Assembly: GCA_041288095.1 (NCBI GenBank) | Contig: JBGGMJ010000040.1 | Location: 1-27,052 of the forward strand | DNA length: 27,052 nucleotides | Direction: 5' to 3' | Source: Myxococcota bacterium | GTDB lineage: Bacteria > Myxococcota > XYA12-FULL-58-9 > JALHOP01 | Shown: piece by piece, positions 1 through 7,464 of the stretch | Layout: every line of letters starts with the position of its first letter | How positions within the stretch are numbered: the stretch's first letter is position 1 | Program-made: the position numbers and the translations under genes | The notes under the pieces: model-generated | What the model saw: the letters and a program-made list of their open reading frames with translations, nothing else | Told to the model about the DNA's origin: nothing | Databases searched by the model: none

Positions 1-1
1 C

Positions 2-1720
2 GGCAAGGTCTCGCGCATCACCCTCGCCCTCTCGGGTGACGTGCAGACGCGCGTCGATGATCGCTCGAAGAAGGCGTGGGTACTCGAGCTCACCGGCACG
101 CACGTCGATGCCGCCCTCGAGAAGTCACTCGACACCTCGGCATACGGCGGCGTCGTACGCTTGGTCTCGACCTACCAGGCCTCGCGCGAGCCACGCGTCG
201 TCAACATCGTCGTCCAGCTGCAGGGCAACGCCACGCAGCGGCTGCTGCGCGACGGCAACGCCATCGCCTGGGAGATCACCGGCGAAGCCAAGGCCCCGGC
301 CCTGCCCGCCATCGCGGAGGCGGCCGAGCCGGAGGTCGCGACGCAACGTACGCCGCAGACCGCTGGCTACGCGAGCGCCGCCGCCGCTGTGGCCCGCTCC
401 ATCCCGGCGCAGAGCACCGCTTCGGGCCGAGCCCGCCGCGTCAGCCTGAACTTCAAGGACGCCGACATCGTCAACGTCATCCGCCTCATCGCCGACGTCA
501 CGGGTGAGAACATCATCACCAGCGAGGACGTAAAGGGCAAAGTCACGGTGCGCTTGCGCAACGTGCCCTGGGAAACGGCGCTCGACACCATCTTGAAGAG
601 CAAGGGCTACGACAAGGTGCGCGCGCACAACATCTTGCGCATCGCTCCGGCCAATCAGATCCAAGGCGAGCGCGACGCCGAGATTGCGCGGCAGAAGTCG
701 CAAATCGAGATCGAAGAGAAGGTCATCAAGATCGTCACGGTGAACTACGCCAACGCCGGCGAGGTCGTGAACCAAGTGAAGTCGCTGCTGTCGACGCGCG
801 GCACCGTGCAGACCGACGAGCGCACCAACACCATCATCGTCGAGGACGTCCGCTCGAACATCGACCGCTTGGTCGAGCTCGTCCGCCGACTCGACAAGCA
901 GACGCCGCAGGTGCTCATCGAGGCGCGCATCGTCGAAGCCTCGACGAACTTCAGCCAGGACCTCGGCGTGCAGTGGGGCGGTCAGGCGCAAGCGACCGCG
1001 GCCTCCGGCAATCCGACCGGTCTCTCCTTCCCGGGTGACATCATCGCCACCGGCGCGAACACCGGCGGCGTAACGTCGGGCGTCACCACGCCCGGCAACT
1101 ACGCGGTGAACCTACCCGCCGCCATCACCACCGGCGGCGCCATTGGTCTCGTCTTCGGCTCCGCCGGCGGCTCGCAGCTCTTGCAACTCCGCTTGGCCGC
1201 GCTCGAAGGCCGCGGTAGCGGACGCATCATCTCCTCACCGCGCGTCGCGACCTTGGACAACCGAACCGCCAAGATCTCGCAAGGTGTCGACATCCCGATC
1301 ACGGTCACCAGCGCCGCCGGCGCCAACACCCGCTTCGTGCCCGCGAACCTCGAGCTCGAGGTCACGCCGCATGTCACCAACGACGGTGCCATCCTGATGC
1401 GCATTCACGCCACCCGTAACGAACCGAACTTCGCGCGTACCGGCGCCTTCGGTGACCCGACCATCGAACGCCGCGAAGCGCAGACCGAGGTGCTGGTCAA
1501 CGACGGCGACACCACCGTCATCGGCGGTATCTACACGCGCAACACCACGCGCCAATACAGCCAGGTGCCGGTCCTGTCGCAGATCCCCCTGCTCGGCTGG
1601 CTCTTCAAAAACCGCACGGACCGTGACAACAAGAGCGAGCTGCTGATCTTCATCTCACCGAAGATCGTCAACCGCTCCGAGTCGACGGTGTCGGGCGGCG
1701 ATACGATGTCGGGCGGGTAA
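2..1720 (+). CDS. pilQ: Type IV pilus secretin PilQ (5' truncated by window edge)
   Basis: The frame is open from base 2 (GKVSRITLALSGDV...), so the true start is upstream of the window. N0/STN motif VSLNFKDADIVNVIRLIADVTGENII...VKGKVTVRLRNVPWETALD, N3 motif RGTVQTDERTNTIIVED, and secretin motifs QVLIEARIVEA, ISSPRVATLDN, LEVTPHVT, VPVLSQIPLLGWLFK, ELLIFISPKIV. It is followed by aro genes, as is typical for pilQ. Confidence 0.96.
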   Translation, partial: GKVSRITLALSGDVQTRVDDRSKKAWVLELTGTHVDAALEKSLDTSAYGGVVRLVSTYQASREPRVVNIVVQLQGNATQRLLRDGNAIAWEITGEAKAPALPAIAEAAEPEVATQRTPQTAGYASAAAAVARSIPAQSTASGRARRVSLNFKDADIVNVIRLIADVTGENIITSEDVKGKVTVRLRNVPWETALDTILKSKGYDKVRAHNILRIAPANQIQGERDAEIARQKSQIEIEEKVIKIVTVNYANAGEVVNQVKSLLSTRGTVQTDERTNTIIVEDVRSNIDRLVELVRRLDKQTPQVLIEARIVEASTNFSQDLGVQWGGQAQATAASGNPTGLSFPGDIIATGANTGGVTSGVTTPGNYAVNLPAAITTGGAIGLVFGSAGGSQLLQLRLAALEGRGSGRIISSPRVATLDNRTAKISQGVDIPITVTSAAGANTRFVPANLELEVTPHVTNDGAILMRIHATRNEPNFARTGAFGDPTIERREAQTEVLVNDGDTTVIGGIYTRNTTRQYSQVPVLSQIPLLGWLFKNRTDRDNKSELLIFISPKIVNRSESTVSGGDTMSGG

Positions 1721-1727
1721 CCATCCC

Positions 1728-2894
1728 ATGTTGCGCATGCTGACAGCCGGCGAATCGCACGGCCCAGGGCTCACCCTGATCATCGAAGGCATGCCAGCGG
1801 GTGTCGCGTTCGAGACCGCCGCCATCGATCGCGACCTGGCGCGGCGACAGCTCGGTTACGGCCGTGGCGGCCGCATGAAGATCGAAAAGGACGTCATCGG
1901 CATCCGCTCCGGCGTGCGCCACGGCAAGACGACCGGCGCGCCCATCGCCATGACCGTGGAGAACCGCGACTACAAGAACTGGGAGAGCGCGATGACGCCC
2001 CTGGTGCCCGCGGAAGGCACCGCTATCGAGGACGTCTCGCTCTACCGGCCGCGCCCGGGCCACGCCGACCTCGCCGGCGCCATGAAGCTGCTCGACCCCG
2101 ACGTACGCAACATCCTCGAGCGTGCGAGCGCCAGGCACACGACCATGCGCGTCGCCGCCGGAGCCGCCGGCAAGGCACTCCTGTCGCCCTTCGGCATCCG
2201 TATCGTCGGCCACGTGCTCGCCATCGGCGGGGTCGAGGCCAACCCGGATACGAGCGATCTCGCCAGGCTCGCCGAGGTGACCGAAGCTTCGGAGGTGCGC
2301 TGCGCCGACCCCGAAGCCGCAAAGCGCATGATGGAGCTCATCGACGCGACCCGCCGGCAAGGCGACTCGCTCGGTGGCCGCGTCGAAGTAATCGCCGAGG
2401 GCCTGCCGCCGGGCATGGGGCACTTCGCCGAGTGGGATCGCAAGCTCGACGCGCGCCTCGCCCGCGCCGTGATCAGCGTGCCCGCGATGAAGGCGGTGGA
2501 GATCGGCGATGGCTTCGAAGGCAGCCGCCTCCCCGGCTCGAAGGTGCACGATCCCATCCACTATGACGGACAGCGCTACACGCGGCCGACGAATCACGCC
2601 GGTGGCATCGAAGGCGGCATGACCAACGGCGAGCGCGTCATCGTCCGCGCCGCGATGAAGCCCATCCCCACCCTCGCCCGCCCGCTCGCTTCCGTGGACC
2701 TGCGCGATCACTCCGCCGTGGACGCCGGTAAGGAGCGCACCGACTCGGTCGCGGTGCCCGCGGCCGCCGTCGTCGTCGAGGCAGCGGTCGCCTGGGAGCT
2801 GGCTTGTGCCTTTCTCGAGCGCTTCGGCGGTGAGACAATGGCCGAGGTCACCGAACACTATCAGCGCTATCGTGAGCGCTTGAGCGCGTTCTGA
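1728..2894 (+). CDS. aroC: Chorismate synthase
   Basis: LTAGESHGP, RRQLGYGRGGRM, PRPGHADL, ILERASARHT, GDSLGG, TNHAGGIEGGMTNG and MKPIPTL are all AroC signatures. Confidence 0.98.
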   Translation: MLRMLTAGESHGPGLTLIIEGMPAGVAFETAAIDRDLARRQLGYGRGGRMKIEKDVIGIRSGVRHGKTTGAPIAMTVENRDYKNWESAMTPLVPAEGTAIEDVSLYRPRPGHADLAGAMKLLDPDVRNILERASARHTTMRVAAGAAGKALLSPFGIRIVGHVLAIGGVEANPDTSDLARLAEVTEASEVRCADPEAAKRMMELIDATRRQGDSLGGRVEVIAEGLPPGMGHFAEWDRKLDARLARAVISVPAMKAVEIGDGFEGSRLPGSKVHDPIHYDGQRYTRPTNHAGGIEGGMTNGERVIVRAAMKPIPTLARPLASVDLRDHSAVDAGKERTDSVAVPAAAVVVEAAVAWELACAFLERFGGETMAEVTEHYQRYRERLSAF

Positions 2895-2896
2895 CC

Positions 2897-4726
2897 ATGG
2901 AGCTCACGATGTCGAAGCGCGCCAAACCACCGCTGGGTGAACGCCCCTTGGAAGCTCGCGTCAGCGCCATCGCCGCTCCCCGCGACGTCATCACCTTGGT
3001 GGGGTTCATGGGCGCCGGCAAGACCAGCGTCGGCGCCGCCTTGGCGACGCGCTTGGGCGTGCCATTCGTCGACCTCGATCGCGCCATCGCCGAAGCCGCG
3101 GGCGCCCCCATCGCACAGCTCTTTCGCGAGTTCGGAGAGGTCGGCTTTCGCGCGCGCGAGCGCCAGGCGCTACGCGGCATGCTCACGGATCCGCAGCCCA
3201 TGGTGCTGGCGACCGGCGGTGGCACGTTCGTCGACGCGCAGATGCGCGAATGGCTGCTACAGCGGACGCGCACGGTATTTCTTTCGGGCACACCCGATAC
3301 GTTGCTCAAGCGCTTGGGCAGCCCCGAGCAGCGCGCCATGCGGCCACTCCTACGCGGTCCGGATCCCGAAAAGACGATGCGCCGGCTACTCGAAGACCGG
3401 ACGCCGATGTATCAGCAGAGCGAAACGACCGTGCACACCGATGATCTAGAGGTGCCGCAGATCGTCGAGAACGTGGTGCGGGCGCTGGGACTGGACCGGC
3501 TGCGGGGGCCGAGGACCGATGTGCGGGATTCGCGGGGCGATGGGCGATTCACGAGGGCCGAGGGGCGAGCGCCGAATGCCGAGGGTCGATCACCGAATGC
3601 CGATAGCCGATCGCCGAATGCCGAGGGCCGAGAGAGTGTGATGAGACATGTGACGTTTGGCGAGGCTACCGTGTGGAGTGGCGCGCCCCACCCCGTGAGC
3701 TACTTCGACGCCGCTGGGCCGGAGCTCTCGCGCGCCATCGCCGAGGCAAGTCCCGGTCGCAATGCGCTCGTCGTCAGCGACTCGAACGTGTCGCGCCTGC
3801 ATCTGGCGCCCTTGCTCTCGCACCTGCGCGCGCACGGCAAGATCGTCACCACCCACGTCGTGACCGCTGGAGAAGACGCAAAGCGCCTCTCCGTCGTCGA
3901 GACGCTGTACGACGCGCTACAGGCCGCCGAGCTCGACCGCGAGGATTGCGTGATCGCCCTGGGCGGTGGTGTCGTCGGCGACCTCGCGGGGTTCGCCGCG
4001 TCGACCTACATGCGCGGCGTCGCCTGCGTTCAGGTACCGACTTCGACGCTCGCTGCGGTCGACGCAAGCCTGGGCGGCAAAACCGGCGTCAACACCGAAC
4101 GCGCGAAGAACATGGTCGGCACCTTCACGATGCCGCGCCACGTCTTCATCGCCCGCGCACACCTGATGACCCAACCCGCCCGCGAGCACGCGTCCGGTCT
4201 CGCGGAGGTCGTCAAGATGGCGGCGACGCTCGACGCCGTCCTCTTCCATGACGTCCTGGAGAACGCGCAGGCGCTCCTGGGCTTCGAAGCCGTGGTCACC
4301 GAGCGGGTCATGCGCCGCTCCGCGCAGCTCAAATTGCAGGTCGTCGAGGCCGACAGCCACGAAAAAAACCGAAGGGCCATCCTCAATTACGGGCACACCA
4401 TCGGCCATGCCATCGAGCGGGGCGCGGATTACGGCATCCCGCACGGCGAAGCGGTAGCATTGGGTATGATCGCTGAAGCGGAGTGGGCGCAGACCGAGCG
4501 CTTGGCCCCATCGGGCATCGTCGACACCTTGAAGGCCGCGTGCGCCGCGCTCGGCCTGCCGACGAACTGGCGCGACTACAAGGTCGACGTCGACGCCTTG
4601 AAGCTCGACAAGAAACGCATCGGCGGCACCGTGCGACTCCCGATCGTGACGACCATGGGTGCGTGCGAGCTGCGCTCGGCGCCAATGTCCGCTTTGACGG
4701 AATACATTACGAGGAGGTCCAGATGA
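2897..4726 (+). CDS. aroKB: Bifunctional shikimate kinase / 3-dehydroquinate synthase (AroK-AroB fusion)
   Basis: N-terminal Walker A GFMGAGKTSVG with FVDLD, GEVGFRARE, LATGGG and RPLL (AroK). C-terminal GGGVVGDLAGFAASTYMRG, VDASLGGKTGVN, KNMVGTF, LNYGHTIGHAIE, HGEAVALGM and DKK (AroB). There is no stop between the domains. The start may be ATG 2909 (GGAG at 2899-2902). Confidence 0.93.
   Translation: MELTMSKRAKPPLGERPLEARVSAIAAPRDVITLVGFMGAGKTSVGAALATRLGVPFVDLDRAIAEAAGAPIAQLFREFGEVGFRARERQALRGMLTDPQPMVLATGGGTFVDAQMREWLLQRTRTVFLSGTPDTLLKRLGSPEQRAMRPLLRGPDPEKTMRRLLEDRTPMYQQSETTVHTDDLEVPQIVENVVRALGLDRLRGPRTDVRDSRGDGRFTRAEGRAPNAEGRSPNADSRSPNAEGRESVMRHVTFGEATVWSGAPHPVSYFDAAGPELSRAIAEASPGRNALVVSDSNVSRLHLAPLLSHLRAHGKIVTTHVVTAGEDAKRLSVVETLYDALQAAELDREDCVIALGGGVVGDLAGFAASTYMRGVACVQVPTSTLAAVDASLGGKTGVNTERAKNMVGTFTMPRHVFIARAHLMTQPAREHASGLAEVVKMAATLDAVLFHDVLENAQALLGFEAVVTERVMRRSAQLKLQVVEADSHEKNRRAILNYGHTIGHAIERGADYGIPHGEAVALGMIAEAEWAQTERLAPSGIVDTLKAACAALGLPTNWRDYKVDVDALKLDKKRIGGTVRLPIVTTMGACELRSAPMSALTEYITRRSR
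3501..3633 (+). repeat. Degenerate tandem heptamer repeat (19 x 7 bp, consensus GCCGANN) in the aroK-aroB linker
   Basis: Units: tgcgggg gccgagg accgatg tgcggga ttcgcgg ggcgatg ggcgatt cacgagg gccgagg ggcgagc gccgaat gccgagg gtcgatc accgaat gccgata gccgatc gccgaat gccgagg gccgaga. All have CG at positions 3-4, and the 3' part has a 21-bp superperiod (AEGRSPN peptide repeat). Confidence 0.85.
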
Positions 4727-5553
4727 AGAGGGCCATGCTTTGTCTGCTCTTGGTGGTGGCGGCCTGCAAGTCCGAGGCGGGAGCGGTCCTGCAAATCGTG
4801 GACGTGCCGAGCTTCAACGACGACTGCACGATTCCAGCGGCTCCGGCGCTGTTCCAGTCGGCCGGTACCTACGATCCAAGCGGTGGCACCGGGTACACCC
4901 TGGCGCTGCTCCTGCAAAACAACGCCAACGATACGGAGAACCCCGCCGCGATCCCTGGCGACCCCGACATCACGCCAAGCGCGAACGACGCCGAGATCCT
5001 GGGCTACGATTATTGTTTCTACCGCGCGGACACCGAAGACGTGACGGCCTATGACCCGAAAGGCAAGGGGTTGCCCGTCGAGTGCGATGACGTGTCGGAT
5101 GACCAACGAGGCTTCGTAACCGCCGGCGGCAACGTCTCCGCAGGTGGAGGCACGAGAGCCACTTCCGTTCGCGTGCTCAACCTCACGGCCCTAGCTACCC
5201 TGTTCGGCGAAACCTTCGACCCAATTGCCCTGGGCGGCACGTTCGACGACCCGGTCAATCTCACGACGCGAAGCCCTGCCTGGGGCGACTTTCCCGCCGC
5301 CAGGAGCTCCCGCGTGAACATCAACGTCCGCGCGCGAGCCAAACGCCAAGATGGCGGCACGATGCGCTCCAATTGGTTCAGCTTTCCGGTCGAGGTCGCA
5401 CCGCGCCTGGTCGTCAATCAGTGCGTCGCTGCCATCGTGACCTGCCCTGGTGGGGGTCAAGGCATTCAAGGTCAACAGATCCCCGCCAGCGCTTGCGGGT
5501 CCGTATTCTCAGGTGCCCCGCTGACCTGCGAAGACGTCGACACGTGCGCATAG
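4723..5553 (+). CDS. Cysteine-rich lipoprotein of unknown function
   Basis: Strong RBS GAGGAGG at 4711-4717. ATG 4723 overlaps the aroB stop (ATGA). Signal peptide MKRAMLCLLLVVAA-C with lipobox VAAC, and 8 further Cys in the mature chain. Confidence 0.85.
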   Translation: MKRAMLCLLLVVAACKSEAGAVLQIVDVPSFNDDCTIPAAPALFQSAGTYDPSGGTGYTLALLLQNNANDTENPAAIPGDPDITPSANDAEILGYDYCFYRADTEDVTAYDPKGKGLPVECDDVSDDQRGFVTAGGNVSAGGGTRATSVRVLNLTALATLFGETFDPIALGGTFDDPVNLTTRSPAWGDFPAARSSRVNINVRARAKRQDGGTMRSNWFSFPVEVAPRLVVNQCVAAIVTCPGGGQGIQGQQIPASACGSVFSGAPLTCEDVDTCA

Positions 5554-5618
5554 GCCCGACTGGTTGCGGCTACGCAGCCGTTGTGCGACGACCAAGGCAC
5601 TCATCGTGAACGGACACC

Positions 5619-6179
5619 GTGTCGAACGTACATTGGGAAACGCCAACGATGGCGGAGCTGTACTGGAAACAGGGACAGCCCGAGCGCGCCATCGCCATTT
5701 ATCGCCACGTGGTCCGCGAGCGGCCGGACGATGCGCAGGCGCGCACCCGTCTTGCCGAGCTCGAGGCCGCAGCAGCCGGTAAACCCGGCGCAAAGGAAAA
5801 GACCATGGGCTTTCGCGAGCACATCCAGCGAGTCGTCGAGCAAGTTCCGGGTGCCCTGGCCTGCACCGTGATGGGTTTCGACGGCATCTCCGTCGACAGC
5901 TACGAAGTCGGCGGCGCCGAGTTCGACATGCAGACGCTCTTCACCGAATACGCGTCCGTCGCGCACCAGGTGCGCCGAGCCCTGGAAGACCCCACCTCGA
6001 TCGTGGGCGGCAGCCTCTCCGAAATGGTGGTCGGCTCGCCCAAGTTCACGACGGTCGTGCTGCCGATCGGCCACGAGTACTTCATCGCCGCCATCCTCAA
6101 ACCGTCCGCGATGATGGGCAAAGCACGCTACTTGTTGCGCATCACGGCGCCCAAGATCGGCAAAGAGCTCGGCCTATAA
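5619..6179 (+). CDS. mglC: MglC-type Roadblock/LC7 polarity protein with in-frame N-terminal TPR (canonical MglC start at ATG 5805)
   Basis: From ATG 5805 it reads MGFREHIQRVVEQVPGALACTVMGFDGISVD...GKARYLLRITAPKIGKEL, matching M. xanthus MglC as I recall it, including the F25-D26-I28 motif and the C-terminal K-x-R-x-x-x-R patch. The upstream in-frame segment TPTMAELYWKQGQPERAIAIYRHVVRERPDDAQARTRLAEL is a single TPR. Position between pilQ and efp fits. Confidence 0.88.
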   Translation: MSNVHWETPTMAELYWKQGQPERAIAIYRHVVRERPDDAQARTRLAELEAAAAGKPGAKEKTMGFREHIQRVVEQVPGALACTVMGFDGISVDSYEVGGAEFDMQTLFTEYASVAHQVRRALEDPTSIVGGSLSEMVVGSPKFTTVVLPIGHEYFIAAILKPSAMMGKARYLLRITAPKIGKELGL

Positions 6180-6697
6180 TGGCACGCAGGCGGCGGCGCG
6201 AAGACGCGGACACCGACGTTCCCGGCGCCGACGAAGCCGAAGTAGAAGGCGAGCTGGCGCGTCCGCCACGGCGGATCGCGGTCATTCACGGCCCCAACCT
6301 CAACCTCCTGGGCACCCGCGAGCCGCACATTTACGGGACGACCACGCTCGACCAGATCAACGATCGCTTGAAGGACCTCGCGAACGACCTCGGCGCCGAG
6401 ATCACCTTCTTCCAGAGCGCCCGCGAAGGGGCCCTCATCGAGCATGTGCATTCGCTCATCGGCCGCTGCGACGGCATCGTCATCAACGCCGCCGGCTACT
6501 CGCACACTTCGATCGCCCTGCGCGACGCGCTCGCCGGGGTCGGCATCCCCTTCGTCGAGGTGCACCTGACCAACGTCTATGCGCGCGAGCCCATGCGGCA
6601 TCACTCGGCCCTGGCCGACGTGGCGCGTGGCGTCATCGTCGGCTTCGGCGCCCTGTCCTACGAGCTCGCCCTGGGCGCCTTGCTCCACGAGGACTAG
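6179..6697 (+). CDS. aroQ: Type II 3-dehydroquinate dehydratase
   Basis: HGPNLNLLGTREPHIYG, FQSAREG, INAAGYSHTSIALRDAL and EVHLTNVYAREPMRH. The ATG overlaps the mglC TAA (TAATG). It carries a ~30-aa charged N-terminal extension. Confidence 0.96.
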   Translation: MARRRRREDADTDVPGADEAEVEGELARPPRRIAVIHGPNLNLLGTREPHIYGTTTLDQINDRLKDLANDLGAEITFFQSAREGALIEHVHSLIGRCDGIVINAAGYSHTSIALRDALAGVGIPFVEVHLTNVYAREPMRHHSALADVARGVIVGFGALSYELALGALLHED

Positions 6698-6766
6698 CTC
6701 ATACGCGGGGACTAGCTAGTCGCTATCCGCCTATGGTAGTCGGCGCGCCTCTACTGGAGAGCGCGC

Positions 6767-7324
6767 ATGTACGAAGTATCCGACTTCCGCAACGGCCTGA
6801 AGATCCTCTACGAGGGCGAGCCCTACATCGTCGTCGAGTTCCAGCACGTGAAGCCCGGCAAGGGCAACGCCTTCACCCGCACGCGCATCAAGAACATGAT
6901 CAGCGGCCGCACCCTCGAGCCGACGTTCAAGTCGGGCGAGAAGTTCGGCGTCCCGGACATCGAAGAGAAAGAGATGCAGTACCTCTATCGCGAGGGAAAC
7001 CATCTCACCTTCATGGACAACAACACGTTCGAGCAGGTCCTGGTCGACGCCGATGCCGTCGGTGACGACGCCAAGTATCTCAAAGAGAACGACAACGCTC
7101 AGGTGCTCTTCTATAACGGAAAGGGCATCGGCATCACGACGGCCACCTTCATCATCGCCAAGGTGACGGAGTGCGAGCCGGGCGTCCGCGGTGACACGGC
7201 AACGAATGTCACCAAGCCCGCCAAGATCGAGACCGGCGCGATGGTGAAAGTGCCCCTTTTCATCAACGAGGGCGACGTCATCAAGGTCGATACCCGCACC
7301 GGCGAGTACGCTTCGAAGGCGTAG
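6767..7324 (+). CDS. efp: Elongation factor P
   Basis: FQHVKPGKGNAF (PGKG loop), MQYLY, EPGVRGDTA, VKVPLFINEGDVIKVDTRTGEY; RBS GGAG at 6756-6759. Confidence 0.98.
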   Translation: MYEVSDFRNGLKILYEGEPYIVVEFQHVKPGKGNAFTRTRIKNMISGRTLEPTFKSGEKFGVPDIEEKEMQYLYREGNHLTFMDNNTFEQVLVDADAVGDDAKYLKENDNAQVLFYNGKGIGITTATFIIAKVTECEPGVRGDTATNVTKPAKIETGAMVKVPLFINEGDVIKVDTRTGEYASKA

Positions 7325-7348
7325 ACTAGCGCTAGTTACAAGCAATCG

Positions 7349-7386
7349 AGGCCTTGCGAGTCACTCCGCAAGGCCTTTTTTGTTTT
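7349..7386 (+). terminator. Rho-independent terminator after efp
   Basis: Perfect 10-bp stem AGGCCTTGCG (7349-7358) / CGCAAGGCCT (7367-7376), 8-nt loop, followed by TTTTTGTTTT. Confidence 0.9.
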
Positions 7387-7444
7387 CCGGGCCTGCCCCA
7401 CCCACCTACAAGTGAGCACGCTCGTGGCAAGGCGGCATGGTGCA

Positions 7445-7453
7445 TGCTATCGT
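7445..7453 (+). promoter_or_regulatory. Possible extended -10 element (TGcTATCGT) upstream of sgmX
   Basis: TG-N-TAnnnT pattern 11 nt before GTG 7465, downstream of the efp terminator. There is no clear SD before that GTG. Pattern match only. Confidence 0.3.
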
Positions 7454-7464
7454 CTGGCCTGACC

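Noticed and set aside
3501-3633. Repeat tract as a CRISPR array
   Set aside because: It is a contiguous 7-bp period with no unique spacers, lies inside a CDS, and has no cas genes nearby.
4483-4722. Upstream extension of the lipoprotein ORF
   Set aside because: It overlaps the aroB C-terminus; the strong RBS and signal peptide point to 4723.
7354-7443. ORF-track start of sgmX at 7354
   Set aside because: It lies within the efp terminator; SgmX similarity begins near 7465.
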